From Paraglomus brasilianum (lineage: Eukaryota), in the NCBI GenBank assembly GCA_910592345.1, contig CAJVPI010000237.1, positions 1-40,329 of the forward strand: 40,329 nt of DNA, given 5' to 3'. A program made the position numbers and the translations under genes. This document shows, in pieces, positions 11,742 to 23,872 of this stretch; within the stretch, counting starts at the first letter, position 1, and every line of letters begins with the position of its first letter. A model generated the notes under the pieces. The model searched no databases. It saw nothing but the letters and a program-made list of their open reading frames with translations, and had not been told where the DNA came from.

Positions 11742-13616
11742 TTACTTGCTCAATCCTAACATTTTACAAACCTCGTTACATTTATGGTTTGCCATGAAAC
11801 AGTCATTGATTCCCTTGTGACCAAGGTTTGTCTTTCCAAATCTTAACGGGTCAAGACAATGTATTGCTGGATCTGTTAGGAAGAACCGATCGGAAAGTTC
11901 AATTCCTTGCAGATCATAAACTACTAAATATTTCTTAGTATGCTCGTATGTAAAGTGGGCAAATGCTTCTAGTGTAGGACGATGTTCCACAATGACGCCA
12001 CTATTTACGTTGAATCGTTTAAATTCTGCGCCTGCAAGTCTTGGTTCTACAGTATAGTATTGCGTCTTGAAATCAATGGTACAACGCAAAAGCTCTGCAT
12101 CAAGGAAATATACCCGCTTAACGTCCATTCGTTTCGTCGCTAAATTAAATTTGGCAGACAGATAATAAGCAACAGTAGACACCTCTACCGCCTCGAGATA
12201 CTTTTCGATGGGATTTGTTTGACCGAGACTAAGGTATTCTTTCATCACCACTTTTCGGTGTGGTTCCTTGTCGGTTTGAAGACCAAAATATGCATATCTC
12301 TCGGCACCAGCAGAGAACGGGTCTTTGGATATTTTAAAGTTGTAATTTCGAGAAAAGAGATTCGATTTGTTGAAATACTCGGGATCCTTTAGCTGGTTCA
12401 AGGTTTTAGGTATGCGATACCACAAAATGACTCCAGAATACGACTCGGACGTATTCCAATCAGGTTCGTTTGGATTCATTTCGAGTTTTCTTTGCCGTAA
12501 AGAATATATAGTCTTGGTGGTATCGCTTCCTATACTGCTAGTCAGCGTAACCGAGGTGGTAATTGCCGAACAGGCGGCTTTGTATAGTTTATCGACCAAT
12601 GCAATCGGATCCCCTCCAACAAGATCGAATACCGGAAACTCTCCGATTATCTTCTGGAAAATCTGAACCATCAAGTCTGTTTCGTCTGTTATTTTTCCAA
12701 AGAAATAGAGAATATTTTCCTTTTGCATTTCATTGAGGACACCTTCCGCTGTCAAGCCGTTTGGATCGCCCTTTGGGTGAATGTCGTAATTGCGATTCTC
12801 TGCAGCATTATGAATATGCTTATTATATTCTTTACCATGTGGTGGATAATCGCCAAGGTGAAGAAGAATGCGAGTACCCTGTCGCCAATTCATCCGAGTT
12901 ATGGCTGCATTGAGACCGCCAAGAACGTCTTCTGCTGCGTCACCACCACCAGTTGCCGGAACGGAAGCCAATTTAGCTTTGAAGCTATCGTAAGAACTGG
13001 TAAAGTTGAAAACCTCTAGACGTTTATTTCCATCGCAAAAATCACGATAGCCGACAAAGCCGATAGAAAGTTTAATACAAGGATTGGTCATCTTGACATA
13101 GTTTACTACTTGCATGATGCAGTCTTTAGCCGCAGCAATATGTCCCAACATGGAGTCGGTGCAGTCCAAGACAAAGCAAAAATCAACTTCCATCGAGCGT
13201 TTGATCTTACTGAGTGTCTTGGATATGGCATTTTCACGTAATGCTGCAGCTTTGGTTCTCTGTCCTTTTTCGAGATACTCCTCCTGGACTTCGTCGACAT
13301 AACGCTTCAAGCGTTCTTCCGGAAGATCTAATTTCTCCAAATCGGGTACAGACGGCGACGAGGAAACAAGAGTATGTTCACTTTCATTTTCTTCGTTTTC
13401 ATTTTCATTTTTCAACTCGCCCTCAACAGTAAATCGTTTCGAATATTCTTTGGTAAGATTTTGCTTCTCTAATTCTGTTAGAGAGACGAGAGTAGCCGCC
13501 GTAGTATTTATTGTCGTTATTGGTACTGTTGTTTCGGAGACGGGAGGTGGAGCAGCCGCATCTCTACTTTTTACTTTTTTTGACTTTTTCTTATGAAGGC
13601 AAAGAAACTTGCGCAT
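11742..13616 (-). CDS. VWA domain + alpha-kinase (eEF2K/MHCK family; VwkA-like architecture), 624 aa, intronless
   Basis: VWA: VDFCFVLDCTDSM, IGFVGYRD, GGGDAAEDVLGGL, GDYPPHG. Alpha-kinase: PFSAGAERYAY, VVMKEY, VEPRL, FKRFNVNSG, AFAHFTY, LVVYDLQG, LTDPAIH, FGKTNLGHKGI, HKCNEVC (zinc site). Confidence 0.95.
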   Translation of the reverse strand: MRKFLCLHKKKSKKVKSRDAAAPPPVSETTVPITTINTTAATLVSLTELEKQNLTKEYSKRFTVEGELKNENENEENESEHTLVSSSPSVPDLEKLDLPEERLKRYVDEVQEEYLEKGQRTKAAALRENAISKTLSKIKRSMEVDFCFVLDCTDSMLGHIAAAKDCIMQVVNYVKMTNPCIKLSIGFVGYRDFCDGNKRLEVFNFTSSYDSFKAKLASVPATGGGDAAEDVLGGLNAAITRMNWRQGTRILLHLGDYPPHGKEYNKHIHNAAENRNYDIHPKGDPNGLTAEGVLNEMQKENILYFFGKITDETDLMVQIFQKIIGEFPVFDLVGGDPIALVDKLYKAACSAITTSVTLTSSIGSDTTKTIYSLRQRKLEMNPNEPDWNTSESYSGVILWYRIPKTLNQLKDPEYFNKSNLFSRNYNFKISKDPFSAGAERYAYFGLQTDKEPHRKVVMKEYLSLGQTNPIEKYLEAVEVSTVAYYLSAKFNLATKRMDVKRVYFLDAELLRCTIDFKTQYYTVEPRLAGAEFKRFNVNSGVIVEHRPTLEAFAHFTYEHTKKYLVVYDLQGIELSDRFFLTDPAIHCLDPLRFGKTNLGHKGINDCFMANHKCNEVCKMLGLSK

Positions 13617-15379
13617 ACTGTAATGGACGTAACGACAAGCTTATGATTCAAAGAAAAATTAGACTTTTTTTATATTGTGAACGCCGGATACAAAGTAAAC
13701 TATTTCCGACTTTAATGTGGCCCAGTTGGCCATCATCAATTATGCATTTGTTTGCTGGGGCGTAACTTTGTCCTACACGTAAAGAGTAGTTTTTCTTTGT
13801 TGGATGTTTCGTACTACACGTAGTATGCTTTGCATAGCATCACATGAGTCCTTAAATTGTGTATTTGGTTCTCTGAGAGGTACAAGTCGTAGAGTTCAAA
13901 TGAATATGGTTTAAAAAAAGTCACCTATGAGATAATACTGATAAACTTCTACTGTTGTTCCAATCCAATCGATTGTTCCATGGTGTTACACATATGGTTA
14001 GCCTTGATGAGGAGCAAGATAAGGACAACAACAATAAATAAATAATGTTGTGAATATAGGCCACGTGCCTACTTTGCTTTTTTATTTTCTTCGCATGCTT
14101 AAATCGGTTCATCCAAACGACGTCAGCATATCGATATTGCTCAAATTCGTTGGGTATTCTGTTAGAGTTTTGCGGATTCACACGGTGAGGAACTTTAAGT
14201 TGTAACGACAAGCTTCGTGTTACCGGTTGTGACTGCGCCTATGTAAGGTCGTTTTATTTAGAGTTTGCGCTTACTAAATAAAGCATTTGAATGAATAATA
14301 TCGACGATAACCGAATGTATTCATATCTCAACCAATGATGCTACTATTTTAGTGTAACGCATATCCCAAAGGTACAAAATTAGCAATCAGATGAATATTG
14401 TCGTCGTTTGTAAGCAAGAATGACATGATCAATGGATATTCGATTGACATCTTATTTAAATATGACAATGAATCGGAAACATAATTTCACGTTCTGTTAA
14501 CTTTATCGTTTTAATAAGTACTTGGCAAGTATGATAAAATTCCAGTTTAACGGTGTTCCCGAATAACAGTTATAATTACAGTTAGTAAAGCTACATATAT
14601 TTATAAACACATAATCTGTTTGAGAATTGCCGATGTTGAAGAGGTCCTTCAAAATTACCATCTTTTCTATCGTTCTTGTCACTACCCAAAGGCCAGCACA
14701 CCTTTTTCTCCTGCAAAAGGCAAGTTTAGAGAAATGAGCTATAGAAAAAAAGATGTTAAAATATGTCAATAATATGTCTTTCCAGGCTTGATTGGGCCAA
14801 GCAAATGGCATGGATCAATTCTTTGTACTGCATTTCAAATCTTTTATTTAACCCACAATAATACTTTCGCAAAAGATAGTTGAGGAAAATAATTACAGGT
14901 ATTACGGTCTCTCTTTTGGTAACATGTATGGTTTGTTGTCCAGACATTAAGAACGGTTGCAATTATCAATTACTGCATATTAGGAATAACCTCCAAGTTT
15001 GTTGTAATAATACCGATAAAAGTAAAACGTGACTTGAAAAACGTCGAACACCAGTGATATTCCGGTTTTGAATATAATCATATTAATACCGCATGGGATT
15101 TCCGTCCTTGACCAGTGGAATTGGTTAAGCTCGAGCATTACAATACTTTGATGTATGTGCGAGATTTGGGTATATTAATGGTACAACTTTAATCTCAGCC
15201 ATCACCAAATGCTTATTCGCGTTCATTTAATTTAAGTTGCGCTTAAATGGGAGTTACGAATAAACCATATTATCATTATGATTATTGATTACGGGATGTC
15301 ATGTTTATTGGTCGGCTATTTACTTATCAGCATAAACATAATGTTTATTTTTTATTGGTCGTGCGATGAGCATACAATC

Positions 15380-16255
15380 GTGTGGATTACTATTGGCCTA
15401 CTAGAAGAACTAAGATTATCTAATAATGAATATTACGGCGATGGATAATATCTGGCATACATACGACTATCTGTTTTGTGTGTAAACACAAAGCCTCTAG
15501 ACTGGACTACTGGAAACGATTCTTTGGATAATAGTTATATACAATGGATTGAGTATTCTCGATAGACAAACACTACGAGACGATGTCATTACACCACGGA
15601 TGCACACCAGTTGCAAATTTGACAGATTAACGAATATGGTATTCAAAAAAATAGTTGATAACAGATTACTCAATTATTCGATTTCATGTGGTTGTTGCTA
15701 TACGCGTTGCCGTTTTACCGATAACTGTACCCAGGATATTATCCAACATCGGACAATTTTTGTATCATGCAAGAACATTGACACTATTCTTCATGAGATG
15801 TTGAACAGAATTAATGGATCCGGTGACAATGACAACAGTCTATAGATCTAGGCGTAAAATAAACGATATCCAAGTATACTGCTCTTTTAAGAATATAATT
15901 GAATGCCGGATTTATTCATTCTAATAAAAATGACATTCAATTAGTCAAGCCGCGCTGTTTTTCTCATGGTGCCCTTGAAGTAAATGGAATTAAACAGCGA
16001 CCAGAAACAAGTGCTTGTCGTACAATATGCTAATAATATTATTATTATATTGTCTTACTGGAGTCAAAATATTGACAAGCTGATATGGAAGACAAAATTA
16101 CAGCATTTGAGTTATATTGCAGAACGTCTGAATAGTATTGATAACCTGATTGGCAATTGTTATCTCCATGATGGAAACATACTGTTTCATGACTACAAAA
16201 TCTAAAGCAGGAGATATAAAACTATTAATACTTCAAGCATTTATGATTTTTGTCT
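15380..16255 (+). pseudogene. Heavily decayed relic of exons 2-4 of the N-lobe-repeat TKL kinase family
   Basis: Fragments KPLDWTTGNDSLD, YIQWIEYSR*, KKIVD, LVVQYANN...QNIDKLIWKTKLQHL...LHDGNILFHD occur in the same order as in the 31426-33948 and 34961-37456 genes. Many deletions and stops. Confidence 0.85.
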
Positions 16256-17102
16256 TATTGAGTGCTAAAAGCTATGTGTGATAATAAATGCTTGTTGATA
16301 GACAACAAATTTGGTCAGCGTATCAAGTAGGACGCGTTTATCATTTGCTTGTAAGCAAATAGCTTATTCTAAACGATTTGTCTAAATATAATAATAAATA
16401 GACTTGTTTAAGCTATATACTCTAGTGCTAGTTGTCAATAAGTTGAACTTTTTTATAAGGGATAATTTATTCTTTACAGAACTGTATAAATTTTTAGCTA
16501 AGTATATAATTTGATGGGCCAATATGTTAACAAAATTCTGCAGGATTACAACTATTATTTGATTTAAATATACAATTCTATAACAATAAGGCTGCCTTGT
16601 AAGTTAGTGACATTGGCGTAATCAAGTGGAAAAAAATCCGGTCCACATTTATACAATAGTTAAATAATACTCCCCTGTATTCAAGCAGATGTAGTAAGAA
16701 AATGCAAGATTGCAAACGATGAAAATATTCGTCCGAGTTGCAGACGGGACTATGTCAACCTGCTAAAGTCTGTATGTTTGGCATAGAAAATGTCGTTTAT
16801 TAATTATTGTAGTGTTAAGCATGTGTATTGAATTGCCATATACACACAATATAATCGACGCGAACACATAACAATGGGGCCAAGTTACCAAGATAAACAC
16901 TCTTCCAGATAACATTAAAATCGTAGTTCTTCACTTTTGTGGCAAGAGAAAAGACAGCAAGCTTTACCAGATAATACTCTATTTGTTGTGACAATAGCCA
17001 CATTTTATGTGATTCGTGGCTTGATACTGTGGCGCGCCATCAATATAATGACGCCTCAGATTGAAAAAATTGCCCAATATTCAATCCAAAAACTTGCAAA
17101 AA

Positions 17103-19159
17103 ATGACAGACCAAGTAACCCTTCGTCAAATCCAGTTGACCAATTTCCATGTTCCGTTGTAATTTTCTCACTTGCATTCAATTCCTTAGCAATCGCCGGA
17201 AGCTGATTTCGTTGATGCAGATGAAATAGTTGAACAAATAAATCTTGATGATGAGCTGCAACTGTCAGAGATGGAGACGGATGACGAAGAGGGTGGTGAG
17301 ATTGATCATGCTGGATTAGGTGGTTTGCATGATAATATTTGCATGCAAGTTATAAGATTTATTTTAACTTTTAGAAGCGACAGACGCAGAAAGCGATGTC
17401 GAAGATTCTGTACAAACGTTTCTCGGACATAAAGGTTATTTATTATCTAACGGTATATGCAGTCGTTCAATCGTCGGCGTAAAATTAATATTAATATTGA
17501 ACACCGATTTTAAAAGGACCCGTATATTCAGTTGATATACATCCTGTAAATGAAACGACAATTGCATCGGGTGGAGGCGATGATAAGGGCTTTATATGGC
17601 AATCAGATACCGGAGAACGATTGTTTGAGTTGTCTGGTATTTACAACATGACCGATAAGCATGACGACAGGCTTCTATCGCTATAATTTTTAACATTCTA
17701 CTTTTCTATGCTTCCTTGTCCTTCCCGTATAAAAGGTCACTCTGACTCTGTAACATCGGTTCGATTCAGTACAGATGGACAATACGTGGCAACTGCTGGC
17801 ATGGATGGAAAGGTTAAAGTTTGGAAAGTAGAGGATGGCAGTGAAGTTGTTGTACTTGAAGGACCTGACGGTGAAATAGTAAGTTAGGAAAACTGGCGTT
17901 AATTGCAGATGGCGAGCATCTGTAAGAGAATGGATCTTTCTTGCAATGAGCTTACTTGTTCTATTCGATGTGTGCATTAGGAATGGATAGACTGGCATCC
18001 AAAAGGAAATGTTCTTCTTGCTGGAGCATCGGATTCAACAATGTGGATGTGGTCAAGTACGATCGTCAGTCACTATTCTGTCTGTTAATTATTACTTGGA
18101 GATCGTACTCTAATTTATATCCACTATTGGTTCTTTTATCATGAAAAAGTTCCATCTGGTGAATGTATGAACGTCTTTGCCGGCCATTCGGCAACAGTTA
18201 CAGCCGGACAGTTTACACCAGATGGAAAGAAGATTGTTAGTGCATCCGAGGACGTGTCCTTGATCGTATGGGATCCGAAAATTGCCACGCCAACATCGAA
18301 AATATCAGGTAACTTTTGAATTAACATATTTATAATAAAGCATCAGTTTATGGTTTACTAATAGCATAGTCTATTGTTTGTTTTAGGCGATGCTAGATAC
18401 CATAGTGAGGGCATAATCTGTCTCGCAGTACATAAAACCAATCCGTTAGTTATAACGGGATCAACAGACCGTACCGCGCGCCTAGTAAATCTAAACTCGG
18501 GGGCAGTAAGTGCTTCTCATTCTATGCGACATGCTTTGTGCATTATCAGTCATCAACCATATTTAAACGATTTAGATACTCGGGTCATTTGAGAACCATT
18601 CTGAATCTGTAGAAACCGTTGGTTTCTGTGACATGTAAGTATCTGCATCGTTAACTACATACTGCACGCGGCCGTTCCTCACAATTTGTATGCTCATTTT
18701 AATGTGCAGATTACCACTAGTAGCGACCGGGTCAACAGATAACAAAATAAACATATGGGATGTAACGACAATGCGACTACGACAAACATGTCAACACGAT
18801 GTAAGAATCCGCTAGACATTAATGCATCATCAATATTCAATTCTCTTCTCATATTGTTGGTGGCTTTTCCAGGATGCTGTTATAAAACTTCAGTGGCACA
18901 CAGACTCTCCATTATTTACCAGCAGCAGTGCAGACAGGACCGTGCGCCAATGGGATGCACGGACAGGAAAGTCTGAGAGAGTGTGGAAAGGCCACCGGGA
19001 TAGCATACTCGGATTTGCTATATCGAGGTGAGTTGGGGTCTGTTCGGAGAAAGTGCACGCACGAACGTAAAAAGCGAGCTAATGGTTTTATTATACAGAG
19101 ATGGAAAGACGGTCGTTACTGCTGGCGATGACAATGTCTGTCGGATATTCAAAGTATAG
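17103..19159 (+). CDS. SQT1: WD40 protein of the Sqt1/AAMP family (uL16/Rpl10 chaperone, 60S assembly), 12 predicted exons
   Basis: GT-AG spliced model gives an acidic N-terminus, then GHK/GPVYSVDIHP, ASGGGDDKGFIW, GHSDSV, ATAGMDGKVKVW, WIDWHPKGNVLLAGASDSTMWMW, FAGH...AGQFTPDGKKIV, WDARTG, TAGDDNVCRIFKV*. ATG at 17103 (4-codon first exon, least certain part), TAG at 19157-19159. Confidence 0.9.
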
Positions 19160-19548
19160 TGAGACAGCAATTTAATGAGATCTATAATGCCCTGATTGGT
19201 GTCGAAGAGTTTGCAAAGTCTTTTTAAGCGCGTAATTAAATCACTGAATAAGCGAAAGTTTATTAACGCCCTTTCGAAGCATCTCACCTATTCGTTCCTA
19301 ATAAATACTTTTCCTCATTAAGACATACACACTTCACCATATAACAACAAAGTTTTATTACAATAGCTTCTTGCTTCTCATATTCTTCGTCATTTTGTCC
19401 ATTGTCTTACTTCCAAGCCTAATTAACGCCCTTGAGAATAAATCAAATACCAAAACAAAAATAATTCTTATTTATATAAAATAAAGAGTTAGAAGTGGAG
19501 TTAGGCTGTCGTAGACGCGTAGGATAGAGAAGGCCCTAAAGTATGTAT

Positions 19549-21436
19549 TCAATAATATGGTCGACGGGGATTGTTCTAGGAAGGGCAACAGGTTAGTCGT
19601 GCTCAAATGACAATTATAATAAATCCTACATTCTAGAAAGTTATATTACAATGTAAAAAGGGAATTCTAATATATACACCAGTCCATATATCGCAACTAC
19701 CTCGACGTGAATAAAAGTAACCATCCCAAACAACAGAAAGCTCTTCTTCTTCCTCTCTCTTCCCTTCTAAACAACACATCAGAAACATACCAGAGGGTTG
19801 GGTCTATATCTATACGCCAACATCATTCGCTTACGATAAATCTCAAACTCATCGTCTTCTTCAGCAACACCATCTGGCTTCTCTTGACCAAGACCTGCGC
19901 CTTGTGGTCGAGAATCAGCCCTGGAAAGAAGATATGTTAGTATAGGTGAGGTGTGGATGGTGTGGATCGGTATTTGATAACTGGTGGAATAAATAGAAAG
20001 CTGTGATGTATTGTGATTGGGAAGGCATCAAGAACAGCATATAAGGGAAACCATTTGCTATGGCCCCTTTGCTCTTGCTTATTCCACATTTCACAATTTC
20101 CGCTTCCTCTTCCACTTTACCAGATCCTCATCACACCTCATCCAAAATCCAAGAACTCTTCCCAACCTTTTCCCCATGATAGTTTCCCCTGAAAACAATC
20201 CCCCCCCCTTCTCCTTCTTCACTTCCTCTCTTTTATACTATCTTCCCCACTCTCTGTCCCAATCCACACACTCTTACTTGTTAACAGGCGCAACAACACC
20301 ATCTCCCGTTTTTCCCAAACCCGTCCCAGCCTGCCATCCTTGTTTCATTAGCATCTTAAATCCGATATTATTCTGATCCAACTTATTCTGTGCATAATCT
20401 TCGTGTAAAGGATCGGGAGTGCCAGTTTTAACGGCTTTGACCTTTTGCTCGAATTTTTCGAGCTCTTCTTTGGGAAGGAAATCCGCTATGTGATGTGCTC
20501 GTTTTACTTCGGCTTGTTGAGTTAATATTGCTGCTTGTTCTACAATGATGGGGAACCGCGTGAGCATAAAGAGATCGGGTTTACCAAAAATTCATCAATG
20601 TTTCGCATCACGATCAATTTACCGACATGTCATCACGTACCAGCAGTCCTTTTCATTTCCTCAGCGCGCTTTTTATGTTCCCATGTCCCACCATCTGTAA
20701 TCTCGTCCTCCGGATAGACCCATTTAGAACCGACGCGGACCATTCCTGGTTTGTAAGTATCTGAATATTTAATAAACTTTCTTTTATTTGACCCAACCTG
20801 GGCATTTGATGATTGTCCGGTGGAGGAAGACGTCGAGGAAGAAGAAGAAGAATAGGCTGCAACGTGAGGCGTGGGCGTTGCGGAAGCTGGGACATTGAAA
20901 GAAATTGGTGAAGATACTGGCACTGATGCAGGAGTAACATTACTCCCGCCTTGATCCCATCGACTTCGTTTTCGTTTTCGTTTATTTTCTTCTGGATTTT
21001 GTTGTTGTTGTTGCTGTTGTTGTTGCTGCTGTTGTTGTTGTTGTTGTTGCTGCTGCTGTGACTGCTCTGTAACCTCTTGCGGTATACACTCTGAGGAGCT
21101 TTGTGTTGTTGATATGGTTGTTGTCGTTATTGCTGCGGAAGAAGATACCCCTAATCCACCCTCACATTGACTACTATTGTTTGTACTTTTCATTGATTTC
21201 TCCTCCTCTTTTTTCTTTTCGTCCTGATTCTCTTCTGTTAAATCGTCGTCATCGAGTTTTAAGACGGGCTTTGATATTGGTAGATTTATTTTCTTTGTGG
21301 TGACTCCTAGCACGGCGGTTGGCTTGAGAGATGCATTTGCGGTTGAATTGGAAGTGGCATCGGTGTTTTTTGGGGGTGAATTCGTTTCGGTGAATTCTGT
21401 GGATGCGGTGAGGTTAGTATTTGTGCTAGTGTCCAT
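19549..21436 (-). CDS. SUGP1: SUGP1/SF4-like G-patch splicing factor, ~404 aa; exons 21436-20641, 20539-20278, 19920-19791, 19575-19549
   Basis: KRKRKRSRWD (ULM-like), GGTWEHKKR, HHIADFLPKEELEKF, G-patch NIGFKMLMKQGWQAGTGLGKTGDG, and C-terminus EFEIYRKRMMLAYRYRPNPL/NNPRRPYY*, characteristic of SUGP1. Exon lengths sum to 1215 nt, in frame. Confidence 0.88.
20999..21058 (-). repeat. CAA/CAG repeat encoding a poly-Gln tract in the SUGP1-like gene
   Basis: (TTG/CTG)n on the plus strand; about 20 Gln in the ORF. Confidence 0.95.
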
Positions 21437-22056
21437 CTTTCGGGAGAGAAGGAAGAATGAATGAAGGTTATATGAATTTTTTATAAAGTGTTCAAGAGTT
21501 AATATTAATGTTGTATTGTGTCACATCATCAATATGTGGAATTTTTCATATGATGTGATGATACCTTCGATTACCTTATATGAACGAACTTCTTGCGAAA
21601 TGTCGGATGCGATGTCTTCTGACAAGGATAACAAAATGCGTTAGCGTTATTCTTTCAAGGTTATAACAATTGAGCCGACTTGATCACATAGTCTGGGCTT
21701 AACACATGTTGATTTGTTATGAGTTGAAATTTCTGCATTAGTATTAGTATTTGACCTTTTAAGATTAAAGTGAAAACGAAAATGATATACTGTATTAACT
21801 TCAATGCTGGTACAAGCAACATTTACCTTGCATATTGTCATATCATAAGTACAGCTTTGCTTGTTTGCATAAATTCTTCCTTTTAAACTGGCAAAACACA
21901 ATAATAATATGAGTCACATATACTGACTTGATTTTCTATCAAATTTTATACCCTTAGCAACATACTTTAATTAAACAAACTTGCTTAATTTCAATCTATA
22001 CTAACTGCTTTTCGATGCAATCTCTAGAATGCCATATCATGATAATTGTAATGATA

Positions 22057-22103
22057 TGTGCAAGTGTACAAACGTGCAAGTGTGCAAATGTGCAAGTGTG
22101 CAA
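22057..22103. repeat. Six-copy 8-bp minisatellite TGTGCAA(G/A)
   Basis: TGTGCAAG TGTACAAA CGTGCAAG TGTGCAAA TGTGCAAG TGTGCAA. Confidence 0.85.
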
Positions 22104-22497
22104 TTCTTTCGATATCAAGTGCATTCCTAGCACCACTACCAACATCCTAGTATTACTATCTTCACAATTGTTACTACAATGTTATTAAAAGTAACAAAGA
22201 ACAATGAGTTAACTTTAACAGAAAGAAATACTCAAAGGGTTAAAGTGAAGAATACCCACTATATTATTCTATTCTATAACATTGATTTCAAAAATATATT
22301 AGTATTAGAGCACAATTACCCTGACCTGAGAAGAACTATATTACAACTTGAAGTAGCCCACAACGATTTTACAGTTCAATGGAAAGGTTTCTACATATAT
22401 AATATCCATAACTTGCAGTTATTTAACTAATATCACTATTTAAGTATAGTCAGCATTAATGTCATACATCACAAGATTAAATCACAAGATTAAATAC

Positions 22498-23872
22498 TCA
22501 CATTGTCTGATATCTGCTTGTGACATTCCGTTTGGCACAATACCTGATAAACTTGCTGGTATATCTGCTGTCAATGTTTAATGCATTAGTATTAGACTCT
22601 TTGTTAACCCTAGCTTTTTCAGCCTTTACAAACGATAAATACGCATATTTATTAATCATTGGAGAATGATCACTTTTTTTAGAAAAGTTTTCCAAGTGCT
22701 CTATTATCTCTTCTATGGTGGGTCTCTCACTTGGATCGTGTGCCCAACATCTCTTCATTAACTCTATGTAGCAATCTGGTGTATCAGAAACAATATCTGG
22801 TCTTACTCCTCCACAAACATTGAGTTTTAAGCAGACCATGTCATCATATTCATAAAATGCTGGCTTTCCTGATGAAATTTCCCACATGATTATACCAAAA
22901 GCATATACATCTGACGCCTTGGATTTGGGTTGACCTTGAAGAACTTCTGGTGCTGTATATGCAATTACCCCATATAATGCCTCGTGTTCATTGTCATTGT
23001 GTTTCTTGTCAGTATCAGAGGGACCAGCTAAACCCATGTCTGTTATTATAACTGATATGCTTTTAAAATCCTCATCTGAATTACACAGGATATTTCCACT
23101 GTGAAAGTCCCCATGAATAAAGTTTTCCTTGTGTAAACTTTGCAGCTGGTATGCTAATTTGCATAAAAAGGATATACGCCGTTCCCAAGTAAATTTCTTT
23201 GGATTTTTTATCAAAAGATGTCTTAAATCTCCACCATGTATAAACTCCATGACTAACACGAAATTATTAGTAGCATGGTTTTTTGTAATACCATACACTC
23301 TAGGTCCCTGGTGCTTATACTTTTTTATAAACAATAAATACAATTGTACCTAGAAAAGAAAATAATTCTACTTGTTAAATAGCGCAATCGTAATGGTGAT
23401 AACATCTTGTTACACTCACTTCTTTTAGATATCTTGTTGAGATATTTTGAGATCCGATCAATTCTTTTAGTACGACTTCTGTTGGACCCTCACGCTCGCA
23501 GTACGCCGGTATCTCGTATTCGTTAACCCTTGTTGTCCATGGTCCTTGTTTCCAGGTTGCTTTGTAGATTATCGAAAATCCGCCTCTTGCTAATGACTCT
23601 CCGTTTATAAAATCGTCGTATGGAATCCATTCAATTATTTCAGAGATGGCTTTTGCGCTACGTTGAGCGTCTAATATAAAATTGTCTACATCAGCGTTCC
23701 CACTTGTCCAATTCTGCGACTGCTTTTCGGCTATTTCGGGGAGACATACTGCACATATAGAAAGATATGTACAGGTAGTATAGTCCGTATTGCACCTGGA
23801 ACAGTAATGGAAGGCGGTAGGATATCTTTGGTAAACAAGACAGACAACTGATTTGCCAATATCCAAGCTCAT
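22498..23872 (-). CDS. Glomeromycota-type tyrosine-kinase-like (TKL) kinase with N-terminal Cys4 knuckle, ~434 aa; exons 23872-23420 and 23349-22498
   Basis: CSRC...CAVC, NWTSGNADVDNFI, IEWIPY, LARGGFSIIYKATW, VVLKEL, phase-0 intron after YLKE, YGITK, HGDFHSGNIL, TDMG, APE, DVYAFG, CWAHDPSERP. Confidence 0.92.

Noticed and set aside
12367..13765. Plus-strand ORFs overlapping the alpha-kinase
   Set aside because: Antisense shadows with no independent motifs.
22468..22493. 13-bp direct repeat ATCACAAGATTAA as a possible target-site duplication
   Set aside because: Copies are adjacent with nothing between them; simple slippage duplication is sufficient.
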